In this document: one piece after another, positions 27,794 to 37,736 of the stretch
Position numbering within the stretch: the first letter of the stretch is position 1
Layout of the letters: each line of letters begins with the position of its first letter
Origin: a virus
Length of the DNA stretch: 61,930 nt
Virus record (IMG/VR): IMGVR_UViG_3300013099_000022
Reading direction: 5' to 3' (one strand)
Made by a program: the position numbers and the translations under genes
Notes under the pieces: model-generated
The model's input: the letters and a program-made list of their open reading frames with translations, nothing else
The model's database searches: none
What the model was told of the DNA's origin: nothing

Positions 27794-29258
27794 AAAAGTC
27801 CAAATCTATTAAATCAGACAATTCTTTTATTTTATCATCTAATTTACCAGAAAATAACAAAGTATAAAATTTAACCATGTTATTTTCTATTTTAGATAAT
27901 GGTATTCCTCCAAATGACTTTCCATCAAATATGTTAAAAAAGTTAACCCTTGAAGTTCTACCAACAAAATAACTCATTATCTTATAAGGTAATATTTTTG
28001 TTTGAAATCCAAAAAAGTTATTTGTTTTATCTTGTATATTAATAAACCCAGATGAATCATTAACATTTTTAATTTTATAAGTTGTTGCTACTGCTGGAGA
28101 AGATGTTGGGTAAAAATTTAACATTGAGAACATATCTGAATATTCATTCTTAAATACTTTATATAATAATTTTTGCAAATATACAGAAAGAACCATTGAA
28201 TGTTCTGGTGATAATGTTTTAAAATGAAAATAAGGAATATTAGTGATTCTTGATAGTAATGGAAATACTAAACAATCACCCAAAGGAGAAATATATTCAA
28301 TATCTTGAACTCTTTGTTGGAATTCTCCTAAGTTTTTATCAGCTTCTTCATTGTCATCAACAGTCATCGGAGTCATTTTATCAATTTCTTTATAAATATA
28401 TTCATATGCAATACCCTTTAATCTTCCAAGAGTATCATTATAACTATAAGTTTTTAAATTATCAACATTCATTCCATGAATATCTTCTGTTGATATAGAA
28501 TCATCATAAACAATTGTTTTCTTATATACACTTCTTAAAAACCATTTAACTGATTCTTCAATTACTCCAACAAAATATGTTATTGGATTTTTATCTTCTT
28601 CACATAAAATAAGAATTGAATTCATTATAAAATTAAATATTTCAACTGTATGTACATCAATAGACTTACACTGAATCATTTTGATATATTCCCACATATA
28701 TCTATCAGTAAGATTATATCTATATACTTTTGTTTTTATAATATTGAATATTTTAAAAACAACATCTGTATTCATGATTTCTTCAACCATTTCATTATAA
28801 ATCTTTTTATGTACTGAGTTTTCTAATACAATATCAGATCTAATTGAAATAAAAGAATATAGTTTTAAATAGCCAGATGTTACTAAAATTTTCTTTATTT
28901 CTTCTGGTTCAAATAAAATTGTTCCTTTTTTAGCTTTACTTTTATCAACAAATACAGAATAATCCATATTTTCGATTTCAAAATGTTTTTCAATATATTC
29001 TTTTAATGTATTAATATTTTTAGTTAAATATGTTATATTATCTTTAGGATTATAATCTTTAACAAAATCAAAGAACCATTTTTCAAATTCTTCCCCGAGA
29101 TTATCATTTACATGTTTAACAAAATCAGTAACTATATTAAATTTATTAGTAACAGAAGAGGATTTAAGATTTAATTCAACGACTTCATCGCCTAAAGTCA
29201 TATTCCATTTTTTTTGTTCAATTTTTTTAAAGTCTAAAGACATTTTGTTTCCTTTCAA
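27792..29258 (-). CDS. Hypothetical protein (488 aa)
   Basis: ORF track; no recognisable motif. Confidence 0.5.
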   Translation of the reverse strand: MKGNKMSLDFKKIEQKKWNMTLGDEVVELNLKSSSVTNKFNIVTDFVKHVNDNLGEEFEKWFFDFVKDYNPKDNITYLTKNINTLKEYIEKHFEIENMDYSVFVDKSKAKKGTILFEPEEIKKILVTSGYLKLYSFISIRSDIVLENSVHKKIYNEMVEEIMNTDVVFKIFNIIKTKVYRYNLTDRYMWEYIKMIQCKSIDVHTVEIFNFIMNSILILCEEDKNPITYFVGVIEESVKWFLRSVYKKTIVYDDSISTEDIHGMNVDNLKTYSYNDTLGRLKGIAYEYIYKEIDKMTPMTVDDNEEADKNLGEFQQRVQDIEYISPLGDCLVFPLLSRITNIPYFHFKTLSPEHSMVLSVYLQKLLYKVFKNEYSDMFSMLNFYPTSSPAVATTYKIKNVNDSSGFINIQDKTNNFFGFQTKILPYKIMSYFVGRTSRVNFFNIFDGKSFGGIPLSKIENNMVKFYTLLFSGKLDDKIKELSDLIDLDF

Positions 29259-29330
29259 TATTGGTTTACATTACCTTGTATATGTAAATATATGTATATA
29301 GTAAAAAATACTATAATGGAAACAAACTTA

Positions 29331-29846
29331 TTATTTTAGGACAAAGCGTCTAACCATGGTTTCAACAACTTCTTTATCTATAAAGTCGCCAGGACATGTT
29401 AGTTCTTTATTTGAGGATACATCTCTATGAAGTTTAATTCTTGATGGAGTTAATTTAAATATTTTCATCATTGGATTTAATAATCTAAACGCCAGTACTT
29501 CGTAAAGTCTTTTTTGAGGAATTTTGAAATCATAATTACCCATAAGAGCAATATGTATTGCTCTATTGTTTATGTTTATGTTTATATCATCCCAATCACA
29601 TAAATAAACAAACGGTCTACATACTATTGGATGATAGTCATCTTCAATTTTATCTATTACATAATGATAATTAACATCTGATTGTTTTAATTCTAAAACA
29701 CCTTTTGATAATCCAGGCATTTGAAATTTAGCATTATCTATTTTTGATGCAGGATTCTTATATATTTCAGAAGTATGATGTAAAATAATCCATTTGACAA
29801 CACCTCTTCTGATCTTCATCAAACTTGGTTTTAATGGTATTTTCAT
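29331..29846 (-). CDS. N-acetylmuramoyl-L-alanine amidase (Amidase_2/PGRP, T7 lysozyme-like)
   Basis: WIILHHTSE (His-His-Thr zinc ligand region), IHIALMGNYD, HRDVSSNKELTCPGDF (H...D...CPG) motifs. Confidence 0.55.
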   Translation of the reverse strand: MKIPLKPSLMKIRRGVVKWIILHHTSEIYKNPASKIDNAKFQMPGLSKGVLELKQSDVNYHYVIDKIEDDYHPIVCRPFVYLCDWDDINININNRAIHIALMGNYDFKIPQKRLYEVLAFRLLNPMMKIFKLTPSRIKLHRDVSSNKELTCPGDFIDKEVVETMVRRFVLK

Positions 29847-29857
29847 ATTAAAATCCT

Positions 29858-31252
29858 TTATGAGTAATAGTCTACTGCTTCTTTGATTCTAGCAGTTTTT
29901 GCTTCAATAGTTGTATTTAAAACAGCTTCAGTACTACTTGCTACTAGTTCTATTGCATCGACAGCTGCTTGTTTGTCAATTTCAACTGTTTCATTTATTG
30001 TATTTAGATTGTCAATAATATCTGTTGGTAGATCAACATCAGCTATAGCTTTAGTTGGGTCAAACTTACCTTCATCAGTCAAATTTAAATCATTCAACAT
30101 ATTATTAACATAACTCATTGCTTCATCAACATATTCTAAATAAGGTACTTGTTTAGCTTGAGCTAGTTGTTGAGCATCATTTCTAGAGCTATTAAAAGCA
30201 GGTTCATGTATCATCTCAGCTACATCTGGGTAACCAGGTATACCTTTAATCTCAGGATATTCTGGGTCTGATATAGTTTTTAAAAGATCATCATTAAATT
30301 CGTTAGTAACAACAGTATCCTTCATTACTTTATATGATTCATTAAATTTAGCATCTTTTACCATATCAGTTATATATGGATAACCAGGAATATCTGTTGT
30401 TTGTGCATATCCAGGAACATCTAAAATACCAAAACTTTCTATATCTGGTAATCTATTTCCAGTAAGATTTTTTATTTTATCCATAGAATTACTAAAATCA
30501 GGAGTTTCAATCATATCACCAATATCAGGATAACCAGCTACATGATACATTGAATCAAAACCTTGTACTGGTGGAAATCCATTTGAATCCATGTTTGGAA
30601 CACTTGGTAAGTCAAAGTCTCTTCCGCATATTGCTTCTAAACAATTGATATAACTATCAAACTCTGAAAGCAATCCTCCTATATTAAATTTATCTAATAA
30701 ATCATTAATTTGATTTATTAATAAACCAGCCGGAAATTCTAATAAACTACTAAGTCCATCTAAAGCATTATTCAAATTATCAAGTAAAAAACTAATTGCT
30801 TGATCTAAAAAATCACCAATCAAAGCTCCAGGTGATAACCCACCACTTAAAAGATCTCCATTTAATATACTACATTCTTGCATCAACTTTTCTATCTCAG
30901 AAACATCTGGAACAGATGGAACAGATCCTGCTATATCACTAGATACAATATCTAATCCATTATCTATATCATTAATTGGAGAAGCTACTCCACCAATTAA
31001 ACCATCCAATTCACTTCTTAAACCTTTCATTGGAGAATTCATACCATTACCAATATCACCTAAACTAGAAGTAATATCATCTAACTTACCTCCATAATCT
31101 GAACACACCCCATCTGATAAAGCTGCAGCTCCACCAAGAATCCCTCCAATACCACTGATAGAAGAAGGTTGAGTTGCAGTACCGCCTTTCAATACATATA
31201 TACTATCTAACATATAAACATGACAGCTTGCATATAATTGTATAGAACTCAT
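29858..31252 (-). CDS. Gly/Asp/Ser/Leu-rich protein, probable virion structural protein
   Basis: 464 aa, low-complexity G/D/S/L-rich with repeated PGYP..I..M segments; adjacent to baseplate-spike-like gene. Confidence 0.4.
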   Translation of the reverse strand: MSSIQLYASCHVYMLDSIYVLKGGTATQPSSISGIGGILGGAAALSDGVCSDYGGKLDDITSSLGDIGNGMNSPMKGLRSELDGLIGGVASPINDIDNGLDIVSSDIAGSVPSVPDVSEIEKLMQECSILNGDLLSGGLSPGALIGDFLDQAISFLLDNLNNALDGLSSLLEFPAGLLINQINDLLDKFNIGGLLSEFDSYINCLEAICGRDFDLPSVPNMDSNGFPPVQGFDSMYHVAGYPDIGDMIETPDFSNSMDKIKNLTGNRLPDIESFGILDVPGYAQTTDIPGYPYITDMVKDAKFNESYKVMKDTVVTNEFNDDLLKTISDPEYPEIKGIPGYPDVAEMIHEPAFNSSRNDAQQLAQAKQVPYLEYVDEAMSYVNNMLNDLNLTDEGKFDPTKAIADVDLPTDIIDNLNTINETVEIDKQAAVDAIELVASSTEAVLNTTIEAKTARIKEAVDYYS

Positions 31253-32145
31253 TATGTATTCCTTTCACCTGCTGGTGGTGTTGGTTTGGCTGGTTTTACA
31301 TCTACAGATTTTTCTCCATTATCCTGAATTTTTTTAGCATCTCTTGCTATTAATTTTTCTGCTATAGTATGATGAGAAACACCTGCTCCATCATGAATAT
31401 TAGTACCTGCTTTTCTATGACTTGATAAAATTGATTCAGTATTAATATTTTGTCCTTTAATATGAATATCTTTTAATGCCTGAATACTAAGCTTACCACC
31501 ACATTTTATATTTATATCATTTGCAAACTCTAATTGAAGACTTTGTTGATCCACATCTATATGAATATAATCACCTTTATGGGTTCTGATTAAAACTTTT
31601 TCTTTTCCTTTTCGTTCATCTAATAATATAGTAGTTTGGTTTTTATCAATCTTATATACTGAATCCTCATCTCCTGTAGGTTTTTCTGCAGTATCTAACA
31701 TTTTTCTTTTCTTGCCAGTAATTTCAACTCTTGCATCATCAGGGTCATCAGAAATCATTATTGTTCTTCCCTCATGTGATTTTAAAATTACCCATTTATC
31801 TTCATAATTTTTACCTAATCTGTTTTCTGGTAAGACTTGAGTATTCTCCAAGTCACAAGACCCGAAGTAATAAGGATTATCAGGATTCCCTGCTTCAAAA
31901 AATACAAATACCCAACTACCGCGCTTCGGAATATATGAACTACCCATGTAATAATGTTCTTCATCACCCCCAACATTTCGCCCTCCTAATGGATTATTAG
32001 CAGGACGAGCTAATAAACCTCTATTATCTTCTATTTCTTGCATAATAGCAGGTATCCAAACTACCACCCTACCAAACTTTTTCACATCTTTATTACCAAC
32101 AACCTTTGCTCTATAAAATCCATATAATTTATTTGATATATCCAT
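31252..32145 (-). CDS. Baseplate central spike/hub protein (gpV/gp5 OB-fold plus beta-helix-like)
   Basis: N-terminal YRAKVVGNKDVKKFGRVVVWIPAIM resembles gpV/VgrG pattern (GRVKV.IP); C-terminal repetitive beta-strand region. Confidence 0.4.
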   Translation of the reverse strand: MDISNKLYGFYRAKVVGNKDVKKFGRVVVWIPAIMQEIEDNRGLLARPANNPLGGRNVGGDEEHYYMGSSYIPKRGSWVFVFFEAGNPDNPYYFGSCDLENTQVLPENRLGKNYEDKWVILKSHEGRTIMISDDPDDARVEITGKKRKMLDTAEKPTGDEDSVYKIDKNQTTILLDERKGKEKVLIRTHKGDYIHIDVDQQSLQLEFANDINIKCGGKLSIQALKDIHIKGQNINTESILSSHRKAGTNIHDGAGVSHHTIAEKLIARDAKKIQDNGEKSVDVKPAKPTPPAGERNT

Positions 32146-32156
32146 TATTCACACCT

Positions 32157-33044
32157 TTAAAAAATTCTTTTGGCTATTTGCATCACAGTATTAAATTCTG
32201 TTTCATTATATCTATAATAAAAAGCTGGAGATAATGCTGGTGTAATTCCAGGAATATCACTAGTAGTTAGAACACAAATGAATCTAGCACAATCTTCAAT
32301 AGCTGGGATAAAATGTATACTTAAAAATCTATATATTTTTGATACAAAATTATATTTACTAATACCAGGAAAAACTTTTAGTTGATCTAATGCTTTTATA
32401 AATTCATTAATATCAGTAAAATCAAATTTCTTTAATAAATCAATATCATTTTTATAATTGTAAGCTGTCGCAATAGATGAATTTCTCAACATTCTATCAC
32501 CTGTTATATTAAAAAATGATGCATAAATATAACAAGCTATTAAAAATTTTAATTTTGGTATTTGAGTTGAATATATTCCTATTAATCCATATTCTTTACC
32601 AAACACTCTAATAAATACTGATAATAGATAAGCAATAATATGTCCTGCAAATTTATCTGGAATAGCTTGTTTTGTTAATAATTCTTTTAAACAAACTCCA
32701 TATACTAAACTGCCATATAAATCACGTGATGTTGGATTCATAGTAGTTATTTCTTTAGTATTAAAAGAACTTAAATTTATAAGAATTTGTTTGGTTGCTT
32801 TATTATAAGTAACAGGTAGAGAATAATCAGGTAAGTAAACAATTTCAATTAATTGTTTTTTAGAATTTAAAGTTTTATAAACTTTATTTTTTGTAAAGTG
32901 AGTTATCTTTTTTTCTAAAAGATTTAAAATAGACTTAAAGGTTTCAAATCCATCATCAACTACTCTTGTTCGCAAACTAGATGACGATATATTTACAACA
33001 TTAGGAATATTTTTTAATAATAAAAATTTTTCTTTGATTACCAA
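32157..33044 (-). CDS. Hypothetical protein (295 aa)
   Basis: ORF track. Confidence 0.45.
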   Translation of the reverse strand: MVIKEKFLLLKNIPNVVNISSSSLRTRVVDDGFETFKSILNLLEKKITHFTKNKVYKTLNSKKQLIEIVYLPDYSLPVTYNKATKQILINLSSFNTKEITTMNPTSRDLYGSLVYGVCLKELLTKQAIPDKFAGHIIAYLLSVFIRVFGKEYGLIGIYSTQIPKLKFLIACYIYASFFNITGDRMLRNSSIATAYNYKNDIDLLKKFDFTDINEFIKALDQLKVFPGISKYNFVSKIYRFLSIHFIPAIEDCARFICVLTTSDIPGITPALSPAFYYRYNETEFNTVMQIAKRIF

Positions 33045-33427
33045 TTTATCACCTCTAAATCATCTGGAGATAATTCTGGAAATTTATCAATTAATATTTC
33101 TGAAATAAAAGATATTTTCGGAATTATAACCTCATTTAAATTAAAGTCTTCTGTAGTAAAAACTCCGTTAACATACATTAACATTGGAGCTAATACAACT
33201 GTATTATATTCATCATATGATAAATAATCAGGTCTCATAATATATTTTTGTTTAAAAGTTTTCTTTTTAGAATGAGCTGCTAGAAAAAATAAATGTTTTT
33301 CAAGTAACCAAAATGTTGGCGAAGGAAATACAACTTTACCATTAGTTGTTATATAGGATTTACCCATAAAATCTAAACTAGTTGGAAGTGTTTTATTTTT
33401 TTTAGCTTCAACGTCTATAGTAAACAT
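33038..33427 (-). CDS. Hypothetical protein (129 aa)
   Basis: ORF track. Confidence 0.4.
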   Translation of the reverse strand: MFTIDVEAKKNKTLPTSLDFMGKSYITTNGKVVFPSPTFWLLEKHLFFLAAHSKKKTFKQKYIMRPDYLSYDEYNTVVLAPMLMYVNGVFTTEDFNLNEVIIPKISFISEILIDKFPELSPDDLEVINW

Positions 33428-33429
33428 TA

Positions 33430-34047
33430 TTACTCACCCACTGCTTCTTGTTGTCCAGGATAATCATCCCTTGCCCAACCACAGTTACTTTCATTAATAG
33501 ATAATCTTTGATGAATTACATCTAAATCTTCATCATCTATATGTCTGGAATATTCATCCATAAAAGATCTATAATTACCTTTGATTGTAGTAGCAGGAAT
33601 ACCCAAAAATCCATTATGAAATTTTTCATGGATAGAACTTATTAAAGTAACATACCCCACTTTATTTTGAAAATGATATTTAATAGCTTCTAATGATATA
33701 TCAAATGTAGAAAATTCTTCTTCATTGTCTATTTTTTTATTAAGGATAGATTTAACCAAAACAAACAAACTAGGTACATGGTGATGAACTTCAATTGTAC
33801 ATTGATCCATTCTTTCATTGGTTACCATGCAAGTTTGCACACCTAGTACATCAATTATATAATTTCTCCATTGCTTATATTCAATACTAGACCTAATATG
33901 TCTCTCACAATTCCTTATAAACTTAGTATATTCTGCTTCATTTTCAAAATTAGAAATTCTTAAAGGTAATCTAAATGGATACTGATCACTATATAATTCT
34001 AACCCATCAACTTCTGAATCAATATTAATATTTTCTGTATCGTCCAT
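33430..34047 (-). CDS. Hypothetical protein (205 aa)
   Basis: ORF track. Confidence 0.45.
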   Translation of the reverse strand: MDDTENINIDSEVDGLELYSDQYPFRLPLRISNFENEAEYTKFIRNCERHIRSSIEYKQWRNYIIDVLGVQTCMVTNERMDQCTIEVHHHVPSLFVLVKSILNKKIDNEEEFSTFDISLEAIKYHFQNKVGYVTLISSIHEKFHNGFLGIPATTIKGNYRSFMDEYSRHIDDEDLDVIHQRLSINESNCGWARDDYPGQQEAVGE

Positions 34048-34049
34048 TA

Positions 34050-35873
34050 TTAACCTCCGTAGTATTTCAGTGAGAGAACTTTGAATATGAAAAAAACAAC
34101 TATAGAATATATTGTATAATAATATAATGTAGTTATAGCAGGAATAGAAGCAGGTATCATAACCGATAGTCCAAAAATAACACCAACTGTTGTTGCTCCA
34201 CCAACTATAAGTGTTGCTAAAGAAAAATAGAATGCAACTCTTAAATCTGCAGAAAAATCATCATTATCTTCATCAAGACTCTTTATTTTATTTCTAGTCT
34301 TTAATACAACTTGTTTTATATTATTTTTTATATTTTTATCATCTTTATTTATAATAGAACCAATTGCTAATAAAGTAGAACCAACTTTTAAAGATTCTTC
34401 ATCTAACCCTGGTAATGAATTTTTAAATATTCTTTTTGTTAAGTTAAAATTCTTCTTAAAATCTGGATTTGTAGTCATTAACTTTTGTACTGATTTATTA
34501 ATATCTAATTTTTTATTATTAGGGTTTAATCTTCTTGCAATTTTAGCAGCACCTTTGAAGTCGTTTCTTTTTGTAGAACTAGCAATAGATTTTAAGATCC
34601 CAGCAACTTGTTTTGGTTTATTTTTTATAAAATTAACTACCTCTGGAAATGCACTCTCGTTTAAAATTAAATCTGATTCTAATAGTTGTTGTGAATATTG
34701 ATCTAATTTATATTGAGCTAAATTATCTGTAATCATTGATTTTTTTCTCCTTTTCATTCTAAACATTGGAGTAGCAGATCTTCTTATATCATCTATATCT
34801 TGATATACTTGATGTTGTGTTCTTGAATCAGCATATAAAAAACCATAATTTACCATTGAACACATTCCTTTATAAGCTTTCATACAAAAAGTTACAACTT
34901 TATTAACATCATCAGCTATAATAAATGAAGTCCAACCTAAAGTAAATAATTTTTTAACACCTTTTGCTTCTTTTACAAATTCATCATCTAGATCCATTTT
35001 ATTTAAAAGAATAAACATTTTTTTACCAAATGATGTATTTTGTAAAATTATATCATTTTTCCAATTTTTTGTAATTGTACCTTTTACTAAATCTTTATCA
35101 ACAAAACCTGTAAAAGATAATAATCCAAGAGTAGCTTTCCATGCTCTATTACCTATGTTTTGAATAAGTCTTAAAATTTTTCTTGCTTGAACATGAGTGC
35201 TGGCGCTAAGATCTCGTCTATATCTATCTACGGTCATTAATCTAATTAATGACTGTTCATTATCTATAATAAAAGGAACACATTTTACTCCAATAGCAGT
35301 AGTATTTCCTTGCTGATCTGTAACTGAATTCCATGTTGGTTCTTGGGATATTAAAGTTTGATCCATTCTACCAAATGTAGGTGCCTCTCCTGTTACTTTT
35401 ATAATATCACTTTTAGCTTTGGCTGCTTGATATGCATCTGCATATGAATCTCTATCTTTTGGTTGACTACTAGTAGAAGAAGTAGAAGTATATTCAATAC
35501 CAGATAAAGGATCTCTACGTTTAGTTGAAGATGTAGTTGATTGTTGGGTTTGTCCTTTTTTTCCTCTTCCAGTTAGTTCTAATAAAGATTCTAAAGATTG
35601 ATCTTCAACCGACCCATATGTTTCTAAAAGAAAATCTTCAATAGTTCTACCTTCTTCTAATTGTTCTGCAACTAATTTCATCTTACCACTAATAGTTTTT
35701 AAAGCTATGAATATTTTACTTTTAGAATTCTTAGCTTTAATACTTCTATTAGCAGATTCTAAAACTTCATCTAGTTCATTTATATAAACATATTTTTCAA
35801 GAGCTTTACAAACACCTGGTAAAATCTTTTGATCAACTGTTTTTGATACAATTAATGGCCATATAACTATCAT
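34050..35873 (-). CDS. Hypothetical large protein with C-terminal transmembrane anchor (about 2 TM)
   Basis: 607 aa; C-terminal VAFYFSLATLIVGGATTVGVIFGLSVMIPASI...IYSIVVFFIFKVL hydrophobic segments. Confidence 0.45.
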   Translation of the reverse strand: MIVIWPLIVSKTVDQKILPGVCKALEKYVYINELDEVLESANRSIKAKNSKSKIFIALKTISGKMKLVAEQLEEGRTIEDFLLETYGSVEDQSLESLLELTGRGKKGQTQQSTTSSTKRRDPLSGIEYTSTSSTSSQPKDRDSYADAYQAAKAKSDIIKVTGEAPTFGRMDQTLISQEPTWNSVTDQQGNTTAIGVKCVPFIIDNEQSLIRLMTVDRYRRDLSASTHVQARKILRLIQNIGNRAWKATLGLLSFTGFVDKDLVKGTITKNWKNDIILQNTSFGKKMFILLNKMDLDDEFVKEAKGVKKLFTLGWTSFIIADDVNKVVTFCMKAYKGMCSMVNYGFLYADSRTQHQVYQDIDDIRRSATPMFRMKRRKKSMITDNLAQYKLDQYSQQLLESDLILNESAFPEVVNFIKNKPKQVAGILKSIASSTKRNDFKGAAKIARRLNPNNKKLDINKSVQKLMTTNPDFKKNFNLTKRIFKNSLPGLDEESLKVGSTLLAIGSIINKDDKNIKNNIKQVVLKTRNKIKSLDEDNDDFSADLRVAFYFSLATLIVGGATTVGVIFGLSVMIPASIPAITTLYYYTIYSIVVFFIFKVLSLKYYGG

Positions 35874-35888
35874 TTTATTATCCTTTAT

Positions 35889-36803
35889 TTATAATAAAAA
35901 TACTGATTTTTTAACTTGTTTATTTGTATCTTTATCTAAAGTTTTATTATCCATTCCATCTTCTTCACAATATTTTTTATATTGGCACCATTTACATTGT
36001 TCATCGTCATAATTTAATGGTTGAGGTACTATATCTTTATTTAAACATTCTAATAAAATTGGAGCAATTTTTAAAAAACTTTTAGCTTTAACATCATCAA
36101 TAGGCAAATCAAAAGGAATTATTCTTTTTAAGTTTCTAATAATATATACTATAGTTATTGTATCAATTTTATAACCATATTCTTTATTCAAAATATAAGC
36201 ATAAATAATTCCTTGGTTATAATGATTAATTAAATATTTCCCTTTGAATTTATTTTCATCAATGGTTTTATATTCTAAAAGAAAATTATCTCTTATGCCA
36301 TCCACACGTCCTTTTACTTTATATTTTTCACTAACTAAAGTCTTTTCTACTTCAGTGTGATTATATAATTCTTGAATATAATCGTGAACCTTATTACCTA
36401 TATTATTGATTAAATGTAAATATGAAAACCCATATTGTTTTTTAATATCGATATCATACTTTTTTCTAGCATAATAATTTTGTCTGATACAGGTAAATAA
36501 CTCGGTAACAGAGATATAAGGTCTATCATAGCTTTGTCTTTTTTTATGTTCATCAACTAACTTTGATCTCATAAGAGATTCAAAATTTTCTACAACAAAC
36601 CCCCTTGAAGTTCTGTTCGGAGTTTTTTGAATAACATCCGAGTATAATCCTTCAAGGGAGTCTTTTATAAGTTGATTAGTTGTTTCAGAAACTTCTTCTT
36701 TTTCAATTTTTTTAACATTAGATTTTTTAATGTTTTTTGTTTTAAAAGTTTCATCGTCTAAATATTTTATTAAACTTGAATAACTATTACTCTGTAAGCT
36801 CAT
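35889..36803 (-). CDS. Cas4-like / RecB-family PD-(D/E)XK nuclease with Fe-S Cys cluster
   Basis: N-terminal Cys (FTCIRQNYY with QxxxY), PD-(D/E)XK core GRVDGI...LLEYKT, C-terminal CKWCQYKKYC. Confidence 0.65.
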   Translation of the reverse strand: MSLQSNSYSSLIKYLDDETFKTKNIKKSNVKKIEKEEVSETTNQLIKDSLEGLYSDVIQKTPNRTSRGFVVENFESLMRSKLVDEHKKRQSYDRPYISVTELFTCIRQNYYARKKYDIDIKKQYGFSYLHLINNIGNKVHDYIQELYNHTEVEKTLVSEKYKVKGRVDGIRDNFLLEYKTIDENKFKGKYLINHYNQGIIYAYILNKEYGYKIDTITIVYIIRNLKRIIPFDLPIDDVKAKSFLKIAPILLECLNKDIVPQPLNYDDEQCKWCQYKKYCEEDGMDNKTLDKDTNKQVKKSVFLL

Positions 36804-37350
36804 TAGCCTCTAATATAAATAATGCTGATTCAACCATATTGTCTCTAAGTACTTTGTAAGCATCTTCAACAATTTGTCCATCCCAGTTATTTAATTTTTC
36901 TACTGATACAGATTCGCCAAGAGATCTACTTACAAGTAAATTATCAACAGCTAAACCAAAAGCTTTCTGTCTGATAGTTTCTCTTACTTCATCTTCCACA
37001 TTAAGATCAACATTTTCTTCTAATGCTTCTTTTAATGCAGCTTTAACATCTGCTCTACCCTGCTCAGTTTCAACTAATTGTTTGGCATTAACCCTAGCAA
37101 CTTTAGCTGATTCTCTCGCTAAAAATCTAAGATCTTCTTTGTCAATATTTTCATCCAATCCTTCTGGATCGTGTTCAATTAAATCATACATTTCAATCAT
37201 TAGTGACATAAATGCACCTTTAATTGTCATATAATCTTCAACTAATGACTCACAACAAGCTTTCATTTCTTGAACAGGTTTTCCAAAGAAAACATAATCA
37301 AGCCCATAGAAATTTTCAAGAACTCTTAATTTACTCTCTTTTTGTAACAT
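36787..37350 (-). CDS. Hypothetical protein (187 aa)
   Basis: ORF track. Confidence 0.45.
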   Translation of the reverse strand: MLQKESKLRVLENFYGLDYVFFGKPVQEMKACCESLVEDYMTIKGAFMSLMIEMYDLIEHDPEGLDENIDKEDLRFLARESAKVARVNAKQLVETEQGRADVKAALKEALEENVDLNVEDEVRETIRQKAFGLAVDNLLVSRSLGESVSVEKLNNWDGQIVEDAYKVLRDNMVESALFILEANELTE

Positions 37351-37363
37351 ATTACTTCCTCCC

Positions 37364-37651
37364 TTATAAATCTAAAAAACTAGATGACTCATCTTCAATG
37401 ATTTCAAGAACAACTCGTCTTGTATCTCTTGGAAACTGAGTATTTTTTATAGCTAAAGTTAAAATTTTTAATGATTCAATAGTTCTTCCTTTTTTCCCAA
37501 TAATTTTTCCTAAATCTTCTTGATCACTTTTAATTTGAACCATAACTGACTTAGTTGATACAGTTGCTATTGTTTTAACATTATCTGGACTATCAACTAT
37601 TTTCTTAATTGTAGAATCAACAAACTCTTGCAAAACGTCACTCATATTCAT
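37364..37651 (-). CDS. KH-domain RNA-binding protein (KhpA/YlqC-like)
   Basis: GxxG loop in LGKIIGKKGRTIESLK, about 95 aa as for KhpA. Confidence 0.6.
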   Translation of the reverse strand: MNMSDVLQEFVDSTIKKIVDSPDNVKTIATVSTKSVMVQIKSDQEDLGKIIGKKGRTIESLKILTLAIKNTQFPRDTRRVVLEIIEDESSSFLDL

Positions 37652-37736
37652 AACATCTTCCCCTTTTTAAATTAACATAAAATTTAGTATTCATTTTATA
37701 TTTTGTTCTAAAAAAGAAGTATATTCAGCATCAAAC

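Noticed and set aside
27792-29258. Large-terminase, portal, major-capsid, chimallin or PhuZ-tubulin candidates among the unassigned 200-600-aa ORFs (27792-29258, 32157-35873, 48425-49141)
   Set aside because: No terminase Walker A/B plus nuclease motifs, no tubulin GGGTGSG signature and no other diagnostic motif could be recognised by eye; left as hypothetical rather than over-called.
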